Assembly: GCA_002104945.1 (NCBI GenBank)
Contig: MCFH01000040.1
Location: forward strand, 310,001-374,000
Length of the DNA: 64,000 nt
DNA from: Piromyces finnis finn
Taxonomy: Eukaryota; Fungi; Neocallimastigomycota
Direction of reading: 5' to 3'
Translations under genes and position numbers: made by a program
Part shown: one piece after another, positions 15,188 through 26,600 of the stretch
Position numbering within the stretch: position 1 is the first letter of the stretch
Layout: every line of letters begins with the position of its first letter
The notes under the pieces: generated by a model
The model's database searches: none
The model's input: the letters and a program-made list of their open reading frames with translations, nothing else
What the model was told of the DNA's origin: nothing

Positions 15188-15227
15188 TTAAATAGACAAT
15201 TATATAATTATATAATTGTCTATTTAA
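15188..15227. repeat. Perfect 40-bp palindrome
   Basis: ttaaatagacaattatataattatataattgtctatttaa equals its own reverse complement. Confidence 0.9.
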
Positions 15228-15464
15228 AATATATACACTATAAACAGAGTAAAAGAGTGAATAGAACGGAATAGAAATGGAATGTAAATGAATTGAAAAC
15301 TATTCAAATATAAAAACAATACAATATTTTAATATATTACAAAAAATAAAAAAATGTATTATATGTAAATGACTATACTACGGATGTCATTATTTTTTTA
15401 AATTTAACATTTATTCTTTATGCACAATAAAAATTCATTTCTAATTATTAAAATTTATAATATT

Positions 15465-15501
<37 letters not shown>

Positions 15502-15765
15502 AAATCATTTTGGTTAATTTTAATTTCTTTCTTTTTTTTTTCTGTTTTAATTCAATTGGTTATTTATTTATAATTTGCAATTTAAATTGTTTTTTTATAT
15601 TTACAATTAATTTTCTTTATATATATTTAAAATTTACATATTTATGTTGTTATTGTTTTTTTTTAACATTTAAAAGCATATCTACATTCTATTCTTTTTT
15701 TTTTTTCTTAAAAAAAAAGAATTCATATAACTTTTTCAGATAAATAATTATAAATTTTTCTTAAT

Positions 15766-16200
15766 TTATTTTGGCTTTGAAAAAGTACCATAAATTTCAG
15801 CAACAGCAATCTTGTTAGCTTCAGCTTCCTTGTAAAAGTCATCAACATTATTAGCTTTCATAGTTTCAGTTTTTAAGGCATAAACCTTAAAAAAGTATCT
15901 GTGGGTACCACTTGGTGGTCTTGGACCCTTGTAACCCTTAACACCCCAAGAAGTAGTAACTTCTTCTCCTGGAACAGAATTTTCTGGAACACTATTAACA
16001 TTAGCTGGAATGTTTTTAACTAACCAGTGAACCCAAGTTCCAATTGGACAATCTGGATCATCATTAATAATACAAAAACTCTTTGTACCTTCTGGGACAT
16101 TAGTCCAAGTTAATTCTGGATTAACGTCTTCACCAAAGTTGGAATATTTTATATCAAGTGGACCTTTGTTAGTAAAACTTTTAGAAGTAACAGTAAACAT
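15766..16200 (-). CDS. YbhB/YbcL-type phosphatidylethanolamine-binding (Raf kinase inhibitor-like) protein; intronless
   Basis: 144 aa with PELTWTNVPEGTKSF, DDPDCP, WVHWLVKNIP, GYKGPRPPSGTHRYFFKVYAL; a bacterial/archaeal-type PEBP signature. Confidence 0.9.
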   Translation of the reverse strand: MFTVTSKSFTNKGPLDIKYSNFGEDVNPELTWTNVPEGTKSFCIINDDPDCPIGTWVHWLVKNIPANVNSVPENSVPGEEVTTSWGVKGYKGPRPPSGTHRYFFKVYALKTETMKANNVDDFYKEAEANKIAVAEIYGTFSKPK

Positions 16201-18172
16201 TTTTGTTGAATTACTTTTTTTTTTTTTTTTAAATATATAATAAAATATAAAATATTGATTAAATTAAATTATTACTATATTTTAAATTAAAAATTAAAGT
16301 ATTTTATTATTGTTGTTGTTATTATTATTGATTTATTTAAAACTAAATTCTAATATATACTAAAAATTTCAAATTTTTTTTATGTTACCTTTCTTTTATT
16401 TGTGAAAAAATAAAGAAAAAAAATGCTATTAAAATTAAATAATTACTAACTCTTTTATAATAAGATGGAACAAACATTTTTATCAAAAAAATAATAAGCT
16501 AATTCATTCTATAATTTATAATGAATTGACTAAAAATTAATTAATTTATATTATGATAAATATATTAATAATTAATTTTTATTTCTATCAATAAATACAT
16601 ATAAAAATGTATTGTTTTAATAATTTTATGTTTCTGGTCTTATGAATTTCATGATTGTTTTAAATTTCATTTAACAATTTTTATTTTATACTAGTTTCCA
16701 CTAAAAATTAATCAAAAAAAAAAAAAAAAAAAACATTTTATTATTATTTTAATCTTTATTTTATATGAAAGCATTTATCATAAATAATTCTTTTCTTTTT
16801 ACATAAAACAATAAAACAAATATGAATTGTTTATATATAAAAAACCCATAATATCAGATTATTTAAAAAAAAAACATAAACATCTAATATGTAGTAAAAA
16901 AAACTATTATTTTATTTTTTATTCTATCAATTTTTTTTTTCATGAAAATCTTTTTCCTTAATAATAATAATAAAAAGAATAATAATTTTCTATTAAAAAA
17001 AAGCATAAGAATAGTTTGTTATGGGACAAGAGTCATTCATTATTATTATAGTATTAATTATACTAATATTATTTTTATTTTTTTTTTCTTTCTTTTTTTT
17101 AATAAATAAAATAAAAAAAAAATAAAATAAAGGAAATAATGGAAATTTTACCGCTAGAATAATTTTATATGAATAATAATTATTCATTAAAAATACAGAA
17201 ATACATTCTTTAGAATAATGACATCCCTTATTATGTCTTTTTTTTTTTACTTTTAAAACAGATACAATTAAATATTATGATCTAAGTTTAATATAATATA
17301 TAATTATAACAAAAAAAATAGAGGTGGTTAATATTTAACCTATATTTAAATTCTTTTAATGGTTCAACTTTTCCTTTTTTCATTTTATCATCCTTCCATT
17401 AAAGTTGTCGAGAACTTTCTTTAAAAGTAACTACATTTTTATATATTACGTTATTACTTCATTACATATATTATAAGATCACATATTATATTTATTATAT
17501 TATATTATGATAAATAGAAAATAAGGTTTTTTAAATAAAACTTTAATACGATCATATATTATATGTCATATGTCAATTGAAAGAAATAAAGTTATTAAAT
17601 CAAATTATTACAAGATCATATATTATACATTATATTCTAATAAGATCATCTACTAATATATTATATTTTATGGTTATTGGCTAATCATAGTTAAAAATGA
17701 GGAACAATTATGTTGTATACATTATAATATGTATACATTAATTTTTCAATTAAAATAATAATATTAATTTATTTTAAAATAATTAAATTAAAAAATATAT
17801 TATAATGATTATAAATTATTATATATATTTATTATATATTATTATATTTATATATTTTTTAATTTAATAATTAGCAATTTTAAAGTTTTCTTCTTTAAAA
17901 CAAAAAAAAAAAAAAATTAAAAAAAAAATTTATATAAATAGTGGTTTTTCCTTTTATGAATAAGAATGGTTCAATCGATAAAGAAACTTAGAATTTCTAT
18001 ATTAATAAAAAAATTAAAATTTTCCTATAAAAACAAAATAAATAAAAAGGAAAGAAATATAAAAATAAATAGTAATACTCATAGTACAAACAATAAAGCT
18101 ATAATTACTACAACGTCAACTTTACAAACCAAAGATAAAACTATACCTTTAAATAATAATAAATTTAACAAA

Positions 18173-19165
18173 ATGTACAAGATTGCTTTCTTTGATTCAA
18201 AGGAATATGATATCAACTCCTTTAACAGTAATACTACTGAGGAATTCGAATTAAAGTTTTTCGAAACAAAGTTAACTGTTGATACCGCTATTTTAGCTCA
18301 AGGTTATGATGTTGTTTGTGTTTTTGTTAATGATGCTATTAACAAAGATGTCATAGATATGTTAGTTGCTCAAGGTGTAAAACTTCTTGCCTTAAGATGT
18401 GCTGGTTACAATAATGTTGACTTAGAATATGCTAATGGAAAATTACCAGTTGTTAGAGTTCCAGCTTATTCACCATATGCTGTTGCTGAACATGCTATGG
18501 CTCTTCTTCTTACTTCTATTAGAAGAATTCACAAGGCTTACATTAGAACTAAAGACTTTAATTTCAGTTTAAATGAATTAACCGGTTTTGATCTTCATGG
18601 TAAAACTGTTGGTGTTGTTGGTACTGGTAAAATTGGTAGAATCTTCATTAATATTTGTAGAGGTTTTGGTATGAATGTTCTTGCCTATGATAAATTCCCA
18701 GCTAAGGATAGTGATATTAAATACGTTACTCTTGATGAAATTTGGGAAAAGAGTGATATCATATCTTTACATTGTCCATTAACTGATGAAACCTATCACG
18801 TTATTAATGAAGAATCCGTTGAAAAGATGAAAAAGGGTGTTGTTATTCTTAATACCTCTCGTGGTGCTTTAATTGATTCTAAAGTTCTTTTAGACGGTAT
18901 TAAGAAGAGAAAGATTGGTGCTGCTTGTCTTGATGTATATGAAGAAGAATCCAATGTATTCTTTAATAATTTCTCAGGACACATTATCGAAGATGATGTT
19001 CTTGCTAGACTTATCTCATTCCCTAATGTTATTGTTACATCTCATCAAGCTTTTCTAACTCGTGAAGCTTTAGCTAATATTGCTACCACTACCTTAGGAA
19101 ATGTTAAACAATTTTTCACTGAAAATAAATGTGATAACGAAGTTGTTTACAAACCAAATAATTAA
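18173..19165 (+). CDS. ldhA: D-lactate dehydrogenase (D-2-hydroxyacid dehydrogenase family); intronless
   Basis: Probable start MYKIAFFDSK at 18173, in frame with the longer ORF; the upstream extension is AT-rich non-coding. Motifs ALRCAGYNNVDL, VRVPAYSPYAVAEHA, GVVGTGKIG, SLHCPLT, NTSRGALID, LDVYEEE, VTSHQAFLT. Confidence 0.95.
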   Translation: MYKIAFFDSKEYDINSFNSNTTEEFELKFFETKLTVDTAILAQGYDVVCVFVNDAINKDVIDMLVAQGVKLLALRCAGYNNVDLEYANGKLPVVRVPAYSPYAVAEHAMALLLTSIRRIHKAYIRTKDFNFSLNELTGFDLHGKTVGVVGTGKIGRIFINICRGFGMNVLAYDKFPAKDSDIKYVTLDEIWEKSDIISLHCPLTDETYHVINEESVEKMKKGVVILNTSRGALIDSKVLLDGIKKRKIGAACLDVYEEESNVFFNNFSGHIIEDDVLARLISFPNVIVTSHQAFLTREALANIATTTLGNVKQFFTENKCDNEVVYKPNN

Positions 19166-19172
19166 ACATGAT

Positions 19173-19207
<35 letters not shown>

Positions 19208-19876
19208 CATAAAAAAAAAAACAAAAATACCAATAATAATAAATATCGTTTTTCACTTTTATTTTTTGTATTATAACATTTTCAATATCATTAGTAATAT
19301 AATTTTTTTAAAAAAAAATACAATTTACATAATAAAACAAAACATTTTGACTTTTGTATACTTTTTTAAAAAAAACTTCAACTGCATTTGTCGCTAATCA
19401 TATAATTAAAAATTAAATAAAATAAATAGCAAAATAAATGAAAAAAAAAAAAAAAGTGTTTATATAAATGAACTGAATGTGTATATATTGGTTGTAATAC
19501 ATTATATATATTAGAGTTGAATATGTTTATTTCCATTTTCTAAAATATATTTATAATAGAAATGTTAATTATACTCTATTATTATTCCTATCAATTGAAT
19601 CTAAGCTACTCCATTAACATTTTTTAATAGACTACTTTTATGTAATAAAAGTAAAAAGAATTAAAAAATATAAAATATATTTAAATTTATATGTAATTTT
19701 AATTTATTTATAAAACATGAAAATATTGAATTTTATGTTGAAAATAAGCATGTTATAAAAAAATATTATATAAATATTTATAAATATTTATTATATCATC
19801 GCATTACTTTTTATTTATTCTTTTTTTTAAAAATAAATAAAGTTAAAAATTATACTTCTTTTTTTATTGAAAGAAA

Positions 19877-21142
19877 TCATAATTCATTAATTACTTCATC
19901 TAATAGATCATCAATTTTTGATTGTAAAATTTCTATGCATAAGTTTTTAACTGATTTGTTTCTATGTAATGATAATTCTTTTAATTTAGTCATTAAAGAA
20001 GTTGGTAAATTTATTTTTAATTGTGTATTTTCATTTTCAATGATTGAATTGGATTCGTCTCTATTTAAAATAACATTTCCTTTTTCCTCATCTTCTTCTT
20101 CCTCGTTTTCTTCTTCTTCTTTCTCATTATCATCTTCTCCTTCATTATCTTTTTCTTGTTGTTCTTTTTGTTCTTGCTCTTTCATTAAAATATGTTTTTT
20201 GTATAAACGATACATAATATCAGAGATATCAAAATAGGGTTGTTGATTATATCCATAGCTCCATATGGATGTTTCCCCTTGATTTACTATATATTCAGCA
20301 ATTTTTTCTATCTCTAATACAATTTTTTTTTCAAAAGGTTTAAGATAATCTTGTATATGTCTAGTTGGCAAATTTCTTTTATTTGCATTATATATAGATA
20401 AATTATTTGAGGTTATCTGAAACAAATAACTGAGAGCTTCATTCTTCGTAGTCACTTCTTCCATATCAGCACCATGTTCTACTAAAAATTGAATAGCACC
20501 AAGTCGGTCACCGCCCAACAAAAAATGTAATAATGTCTTATTTTTTCTTTTAGGATCCTTTAACTTAAAAATCATGTTCCAACAATTAATTTCTTTCATG
20601 ATAGTTTTCTCATTAATATTTCTTCTTGTTGTACTATAATAATTATTCCTTTGAAAATTTATTTCTTTAGTTGTTTTAGGGAACATACCATTTATTTTGA
20701 GCATCATTTGTAAATAAAAAAATTTATGGATTTTTAAATCCTTTGTTAATTCATCTGGCGTAAAGCCGTTTTTATTTTTTATTGAAAAATCCGCAAAAGG
20801 ATATACCGTTTCAATAACATTAACTATCACATCATAGGTCGGCTCTGAATTAAAATAAAATATTCCATTTAAATTCTTCATATGTTTATTTACATTATCA
20901 TAATCTTCAGAATGATCTACTCTTTGACATAATAAATGTAAAGGGGTATTACCATCATCATCTTGACTACTAAAAATTTCATAAGCATGCAGATGATTTA
21001 TAACACTTTCAAGTATTACACCAAGTTCATTACTACAAATCAAGTATAATAATTTTTTTTTATTGAAAAAATTATTATTAATAATAGATGATATAGCATC
21101 ATTCAAAGAAACGTTCTCTGTATCTAAGCAGTGTATGTTCAT
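19877..21142 (-). CDS. Ankyrin-repeat protein with acidic linker and C-terminal ribbon-helix-helix-like segment; intronless
   Basis: Ankyrin motifs DDGNTPLHLLC, NKNGFTPDEL, KTLLHFLLGGDRLGAIQFLVEHGADM. E/D-rich stretch. C-terminus QLKINLPTSLMTKLKELSLHRNKSVKNLCIEILQSKI. Confidence 0.75.
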   Translation of the reverse strand: MNIHCLDTENVSLNDAISSIINNNFFNKKKLLYLICSNELGVILESVINHLHAYEIFSSQDDDGNTPLHLLCQRVDHSEDYDNVNKHMKNLNGIFYFNSEPTYDVIVNVIETVYPFADFSIKNKNGFTPDELTKDLKIHKFFYLQMMLKINGMFPKTTKEINFQRNNYYSTTRRNINEKTIMKEINCWNMIFKLKDPKRKNKTLLHFLLGGDRLGAIQFLVEHGADMEEVTTKNEALSYLFQITSNNLSIYNANKRNLPTRHIQDYLKPFEKKIVLEIEKIAEYIVNQGETSIWSYGYNQQPYFDISDIMYRLYKKHILMKEQEQKEQQEKDNEGEDDNEKEEEENEEEEDEEKGNVILNRDESNSIIENENTQLKINLPTSLMTKLKELSLHRNKSVKNLCIEILQSKIDDLLDEVINEL

Positions 21143-21554
21143 TTTTTTTTATAATTATTAAAAAATATTATTTTAAAAAAGGTAGTCTTTAATAATAGTT
21201 GTCGTTGTTTTGTTTCGTTGTTTTCTTTTTAATAATTAAAAACTTGATATGATAATTTAAAGAAAAAAAAAATATAAATATAAATTATTGAATTAAAAAA
21301 AAAAATAAAATAGAATCAAATAATGGTCATTTCATATTCTTTGACCTTTTTTTTTAAAAAATAATTTAAATTTTTGGTCACTTTTTTTTTTTTTTTTTTT
21401 TTGAAGCTGAGCCTTTATTTTAATCAAAAAAAAAAAAAATGATAATAATATTTAAATTCTATAATTTTTATATAGATTGTAAATATAAAGAAGTATTGTA
21501 TCTTTTCATTGGCAAATGCCCTCCTCTAGTATCCTAAAATAATAATGAACTTGG

Positions 21555-21900
21555 GATCAAAAATTAAATTTTGTCAGAGGTTAAATTTTGATTCCTATCT
21601 CCATTGGTCTGTCTTGACTTATTTATTAATATTGATTCATTGTTGACTAATAACAAGAATTTAATAGGGTTAGAAGTTCTGATGAAACTATGTTAGAGTT
21701 TTGTCTAAATATAAAACCAATTAAAAGTTTCATATTTCACTTTTTTTATAAGAATTTTATGAAAATTTGTAATTTGAATATGATTTGTAATATTTGTAAT
21801 AAAGTTAACATGATTTATTAAAATATTAGAGAGTAATAATACTGTTAAACTTTGGGAAACCGTCCTTACACCATTAAACATAGTACTGTTAAAATATTAT
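21555..21900 (-). mobile_element. Degenerate 3' fragment of a LINE related to the 23.6-28 kb element
   Basis: Minus-strand translation gives IVSSELLTLL (LINE: TVTAELLTKI) and KSRQTNGD (LINE: RASATNGD). It shares the 12-mer atctccattggt and a gatcaaaa..attttgtca hairpin with the LINE 3' end. Confidence 0.6.
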
Positions 21901-22099
21901 AATTAATAATTTATTATATTTACAATTAATATAAATATTTTATTAAATATACAAATTTTATTAATGATAAAGATAAATTATAAAAAAAAAAAAAAAAAAC
22001 AAAGAGAAAAAAATATTTATATACACAAAAAAAAATTAAGAAAAAAAGATCAATACATTATAAGCTAATAATTTTAATTCCTTTTTTTTTGTTTTTATT

Positions 22100-22915
22100 A
22101 AAATTAGTAATTATCCTAGTTTTTTGGCGATTTTAGCAAGACTTTTTTAGCTAGAAGAAATTCGTCCTCTACCAGATTTTTAGCTAAGAGTTTTTCAAAA
22201 AAAAAATTTCTTTTACTAAAACACCTTTTTTTTTATCATATTATTAAATGAATAATCTTTTTAATTATTATTAAATCAAATATTTATTTATTTATTTATC
22301 CTTTTTTTTTTTTTTTTTTTTTTGATATAAATCAAATTAAATAATGATTTTTACTTTTCTTCTTTTTATCACATGAAGTAAAAAATCTTTGCCTTAATAT
22401 ACGTCTTTTATCTTCATCAACATCCTAATATTCCTTTTTAAATCTTGGTAACTCAATAAAAATGTATTCTTTACCAGGCATTTTTAAATTTATATTATCT
22501 TCTTTATACATACAAAAGTGATAATAATTTTTTTTTTTTTTAATTCTTTACCTTTTTTTGGATAAAAAAAAAAAAAGATAATCTAAAAAAAATTGATAGA
22601 ATAAACTTTTTTTTATTATCATAACCTTGTCCTGATTCGAAAAATTACTATATTTTTTCGAACTATTTAACATTTACTCGACGTAGAAAATAATTTTTCT
22701 TCATGTACCTGCACTTCAATGAGATATTCATTCCCTATTTTATCACAATAACGTACATCAACTACTACTGGTCTTTTTTTATGAGTTTCTACTTCAACAA
22801 CGACCCACAGTTTGTTGATTTTCTTCTTTTGATGTTTCAAATCTTGTTCTTCCTTCCTTCATTTTTAATTTTTTTATGAATTTTTTCATCATCTTCAAAT
22901 ATCTGTTCCTTCAAA
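22100..22915 (-). pseudogene. Rpn family / PD-(D/E)XK nuclease-transposase (PDDEXK_2-like) pseudogene
   Basis: Frameshifted minus-strand translation: KRPVVVDVRYCDKIGNEYLIEVQV (D...IExQ nuclease core), then ...FLRRV..., ...SNQ...GYD..., ...LDY, MPGKEYIFIELPRFKKEY*DV, and LAKNLV near the end. Multiple frameshifts and a stop. Boundaries approximate. Confidence 0.65.
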
Positions 22916-23341
22916 TATTCTATACACATTTAACAAATAAATTAAAAATATAATATAATATAATATAATATTACTATAAAAAAAAATACACATATCTACG
23001 AATTTTTTTATTTAGTTAGTTATTTATTTTATTTATGCTTATTCCTATTTATGTTAAAACAATTTTAATTGTTATAAAAATAGATATTTTAGCTTATATC
23101 CCCTTTTTAAAAATGTTTTATAATTATTAGGGTGAAAGGGTTAAATTTTTTTTTGTACATATTACTTTTTTTATTTTGATATTATATATTTCTTTTTTTT
23201 TTTTTTTTTTTTTTTTTTGTTAAAAAATGAAAAAAAAAAAAAAAAAGTATAATGAATTGTTTTAGAAATAATAATTTAAATTTTGTGTTCTTATTTTTAA
23301 AAAAAAAAAAAAAACAAATCTTTTGAATTAAGATATATTTT

Positions 23342-23389
<48 letters not shown>

Positions 23390-23593
23390 GGCATCAAATA
23401 TTTTAAACTTTATTATTAATTTAATTAAAATTATAATACATAAATAAAAATAAAAAAAAAATATGTTTAAATAAACACAAATGAATAAAAATTGGGTATA
23501 ATGTATTCTAGTAATTTTAATTAAAGTAAGAAAGCCACTATCATACTAAAGTATAATAATTGTATTTGACTTCCAATGGGACACCGAGCCAAA

Positions 23594-23627
23594 GATCAAA
23601 ATTTTGTCATGGAACAAAATTATGATC
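23594..23627 (-). other. 3'-terminal stem-loop of the LINE, overlapping the stop codon
   Basis: gatca-a-aattttgt catgga acaaaatt-a-tgatc: 13 bp with one mismatch and a 6-nt loop. Confidence 0.6.
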
Positions 23628-26600
23628 TCCATTGGTTGCGCTGGCCCTCCTGGCCTGTCTTACTGTTTCTTCAGCATTGACGCTCTTGGATGTTGCTTCA
23701 AACCTTTTGAACATTGACCATTGCTGGCCAATAGCAAAAGGCATGATTTTGGTTAGAAGTTCCGCGGTTACCGTCAAGAATGGTGCTCCTTCATTAGTAC
23801 CAGATTGAATCTGACGCTTACAAAGTTCTTTCCATTCCCTTGAATTGTAATTAATATTGTTAAAACTTCTTCCCCCAAGAAGGAATTTAAATATTTTACT
23901 GCACACACTAGAATAATCATACACATTAATATTCACCGGATTATTAGAACTATTACTATCATTAACTAAATTACTATCTAAATTAGAATTATTATCTTCA
24001 CTATTGCTATCATTACTAATATTATTATTTCTATTATTGTTATTATTACTATTGTTACTATTACTATTGTTACTATTACTATTGTTATTACTACTATTGT
24101 TACTATTACTATTAATGTTATTACTATCTCTACTGATATTATCAATTTCATTATTATTGATAGGACTATTGGAATTACGTTGACTGAAAAAATTTAATAG
24201 CTGGACTATAGAATCATAATGTTTAATACGGATATCTCTAAATGTTGGACAATCTAATAACCAATGTTTAATACTTTGATCTCCACACTTGCAACATGGA
24301 CAGTAGTTAGGACAAACTGGATCAACAAATTTGGCAGCTTTGGCAACTCTAGCATCCAACTTGTATCCGCTTCTTGCTTTCAATAGCCAGTAGAAGCCAT
24401 AGGCAAACTCTGGGTACTCATAACATAATTTAATAAAATCTTTAGTTTCAATAAATTTATTATCATCATAATATTGCGCTTTGATTGAATTCCCTTTGAG
24501 ATCTTTCCAATAAAAGTTTTTAACTGCTTTAACATCTCCATGTTTCTTTAATTTTTTATCAAGTGTCCTACTTGATTTGCACCACGTGTATTTTCTAAAT
24601 TTAGGAATGTAATTGACAAGGTGTGAGATAATACAATTCGAGTTTTTCCATTTGTTAAAACATCTAACCTGAGCTAACGCACATTTGGCTGACAATGGAG
24701 GAATATTCAAATCTTTTGAAATAGAGTATAAAGATATAAACGATACAGCTTTATGAACTCCGGCAACCTATCGTATTCCTTTGTTAACATGCTTCTGAGC
24801 AATCCTAGACCTAGCTTTGTTGGATCCAAGTAATGGTGCAAAGTATGAAACTCTGCTAATCACTTATGAGTTAAGTACTAGTTTTTTGAAAGGAATAGGA
24901 ATATTAGGATTTCTTAAGAATTTACTGACTGAGAAAAGCCCTTTCAAAACCTTGTTATTAAGAGCTTTAATTACTGGTTTAAGGGACAAATTCTTATCAA
25001 ATGGAACACCAAGATAAGTATAACAATCAGTAGTTGGAATGGGTTGTCCTGCTAAGTAAAATGTTGGATCTCTCTTGTTCTGATTTTCTATTGATTCAGG
25101 ACGAATCACCATCGTTGAACATTTCTGGATACCAAATTCCATTTCATTATACAATGCCCATTCATTAACTCTTCTAAGCATCTTTTTTAAGCATCCTCTT
25201 GTTGGAGCACAAATAACTATATCATCTGCAAAAAGTCCACCACAGCATCGAGTGTCACCTAAACTGACTCCTAGATCTTCGCACTCTTTAAATATATCAT
25301 TAATAAAGAGATTAAAGAGAATAGGAGAAAGAGGGCATCCTTGACGGACTCCTTTCTTCACATCAAAAGATTTCGAGAATTGTCCATCTCGGATTCCTAA
25401 ACAATCTAATTTATGGAGAATATTACCGATTGGGACTGAATCGTATGCTTTCCTGAGATCTAAAAAGGCCAAATATGTCTCTTTATTATCTAATTGACGT
25501 CTACGGCATATTTCTTGGATTGAAATGAAAAGACTAATACTTTCTTCCTTTTTTCGAAAACCAAATTGTTCAGGTCTAATGAAATTATTCTTTAAACCAT
25601 ATTCTGAGATTCTAGTGGTGACAATTTTGGAAATCAACTTAATACCATTATTGATAAGTGATATACCTCGATAGTTATCACAATCTGTCAAATCTCCCTT
25701 CTTAGGAATAGAAACAATACTGGATTCATTCCATGAGTTGGGGAAATCTCCATCCCAAATACGGTTGAATAATTTAAGAATAAAATTTAAACCATGAGCA
25801 TCATTATCTGAAGTAGTATTACCAGAAGAATTATTATCTGTAGCATTATTAGAATCATTACTTGATGGAACTAATGCTTTGTAAAATTCAATTGGAATAC
25901 CATCCGGACCTGATGCTTTATAATTTGGAGTAGTGAGGATAGCTGACTTGACTTCATCAATACTAATATCTTGGTTGATATCCCACTCATCAAGCATAGG
26001 AAGTGAAAAACGTTTATTCGTTGGTTCTTCATACCAATGCTCCAAATCAAGACTTACACCACTTGGGTCTGATGCAAGATTTTCGAAATGATCATGCCAC
26101 ACATCTAGTTGTTCTTCCGTAGCAACAACTAATTCTCCATTTTTATTTTTAATTGGTTGAGCAATAAAGAAAGAATCTTTTCCAATTTTTGCAGTTTTCT
26201 TGATCCATTTCCAGGCCTTCTTAGGATTATGACTCTTCATATACTCACATCCTGTTTTAATCCAATGAAGATATTCTTGCTTCCTAAATTCATTACATCT
26301 TTTGTGGATGTAATCAATGAGTTTACGGTAGATTTTAATTCTTTTAATAAATTCATCTATATCATAAATTCTTTCTTTTTTAAATCTCTTATACAACTTC
26401 ATTTTGATTTTTTGAAGATTAAAAATTTGTTGTGAAATATGAAATGAAGACTTTATAACATTATTTGCTGAGGTAATACTGAGCTCGTCTGCAATTGAAA
26501 AAGCAGTTGAAGTAAACTCTTTGGAAAGTTCATCTGTAGAAACATTAGGATCGTTGGATTTTGCTGAAAGTATTTGGAATTTATTATGACTGAGAATAGA

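Noticed and set aside
13112-17187. Short F/I/K/L-rich ORFs in intergenic DNA (13112, 15420, 16993; similarly 23182, 34054, 36315, 40082, 48233, 49140, 50150, 53657, 62150)
   Set aside because: Composition mirrors poly-A/T tracts, with no motifs or gene-like codon usage.
17966-18172. N-terminal 69-aa extension of the D-LDH ORF
   Set aside because: AT-rich, K/I/N-biased sequence typical of UTR; family homology starts at MYKIAFFD (18173).
23540-23575. Target-site duplication for the LINE
   Set aside because: No convincing direct repeat between the flank left of ~23560 and the flank right of 28974, so element boundaries remain inferred.
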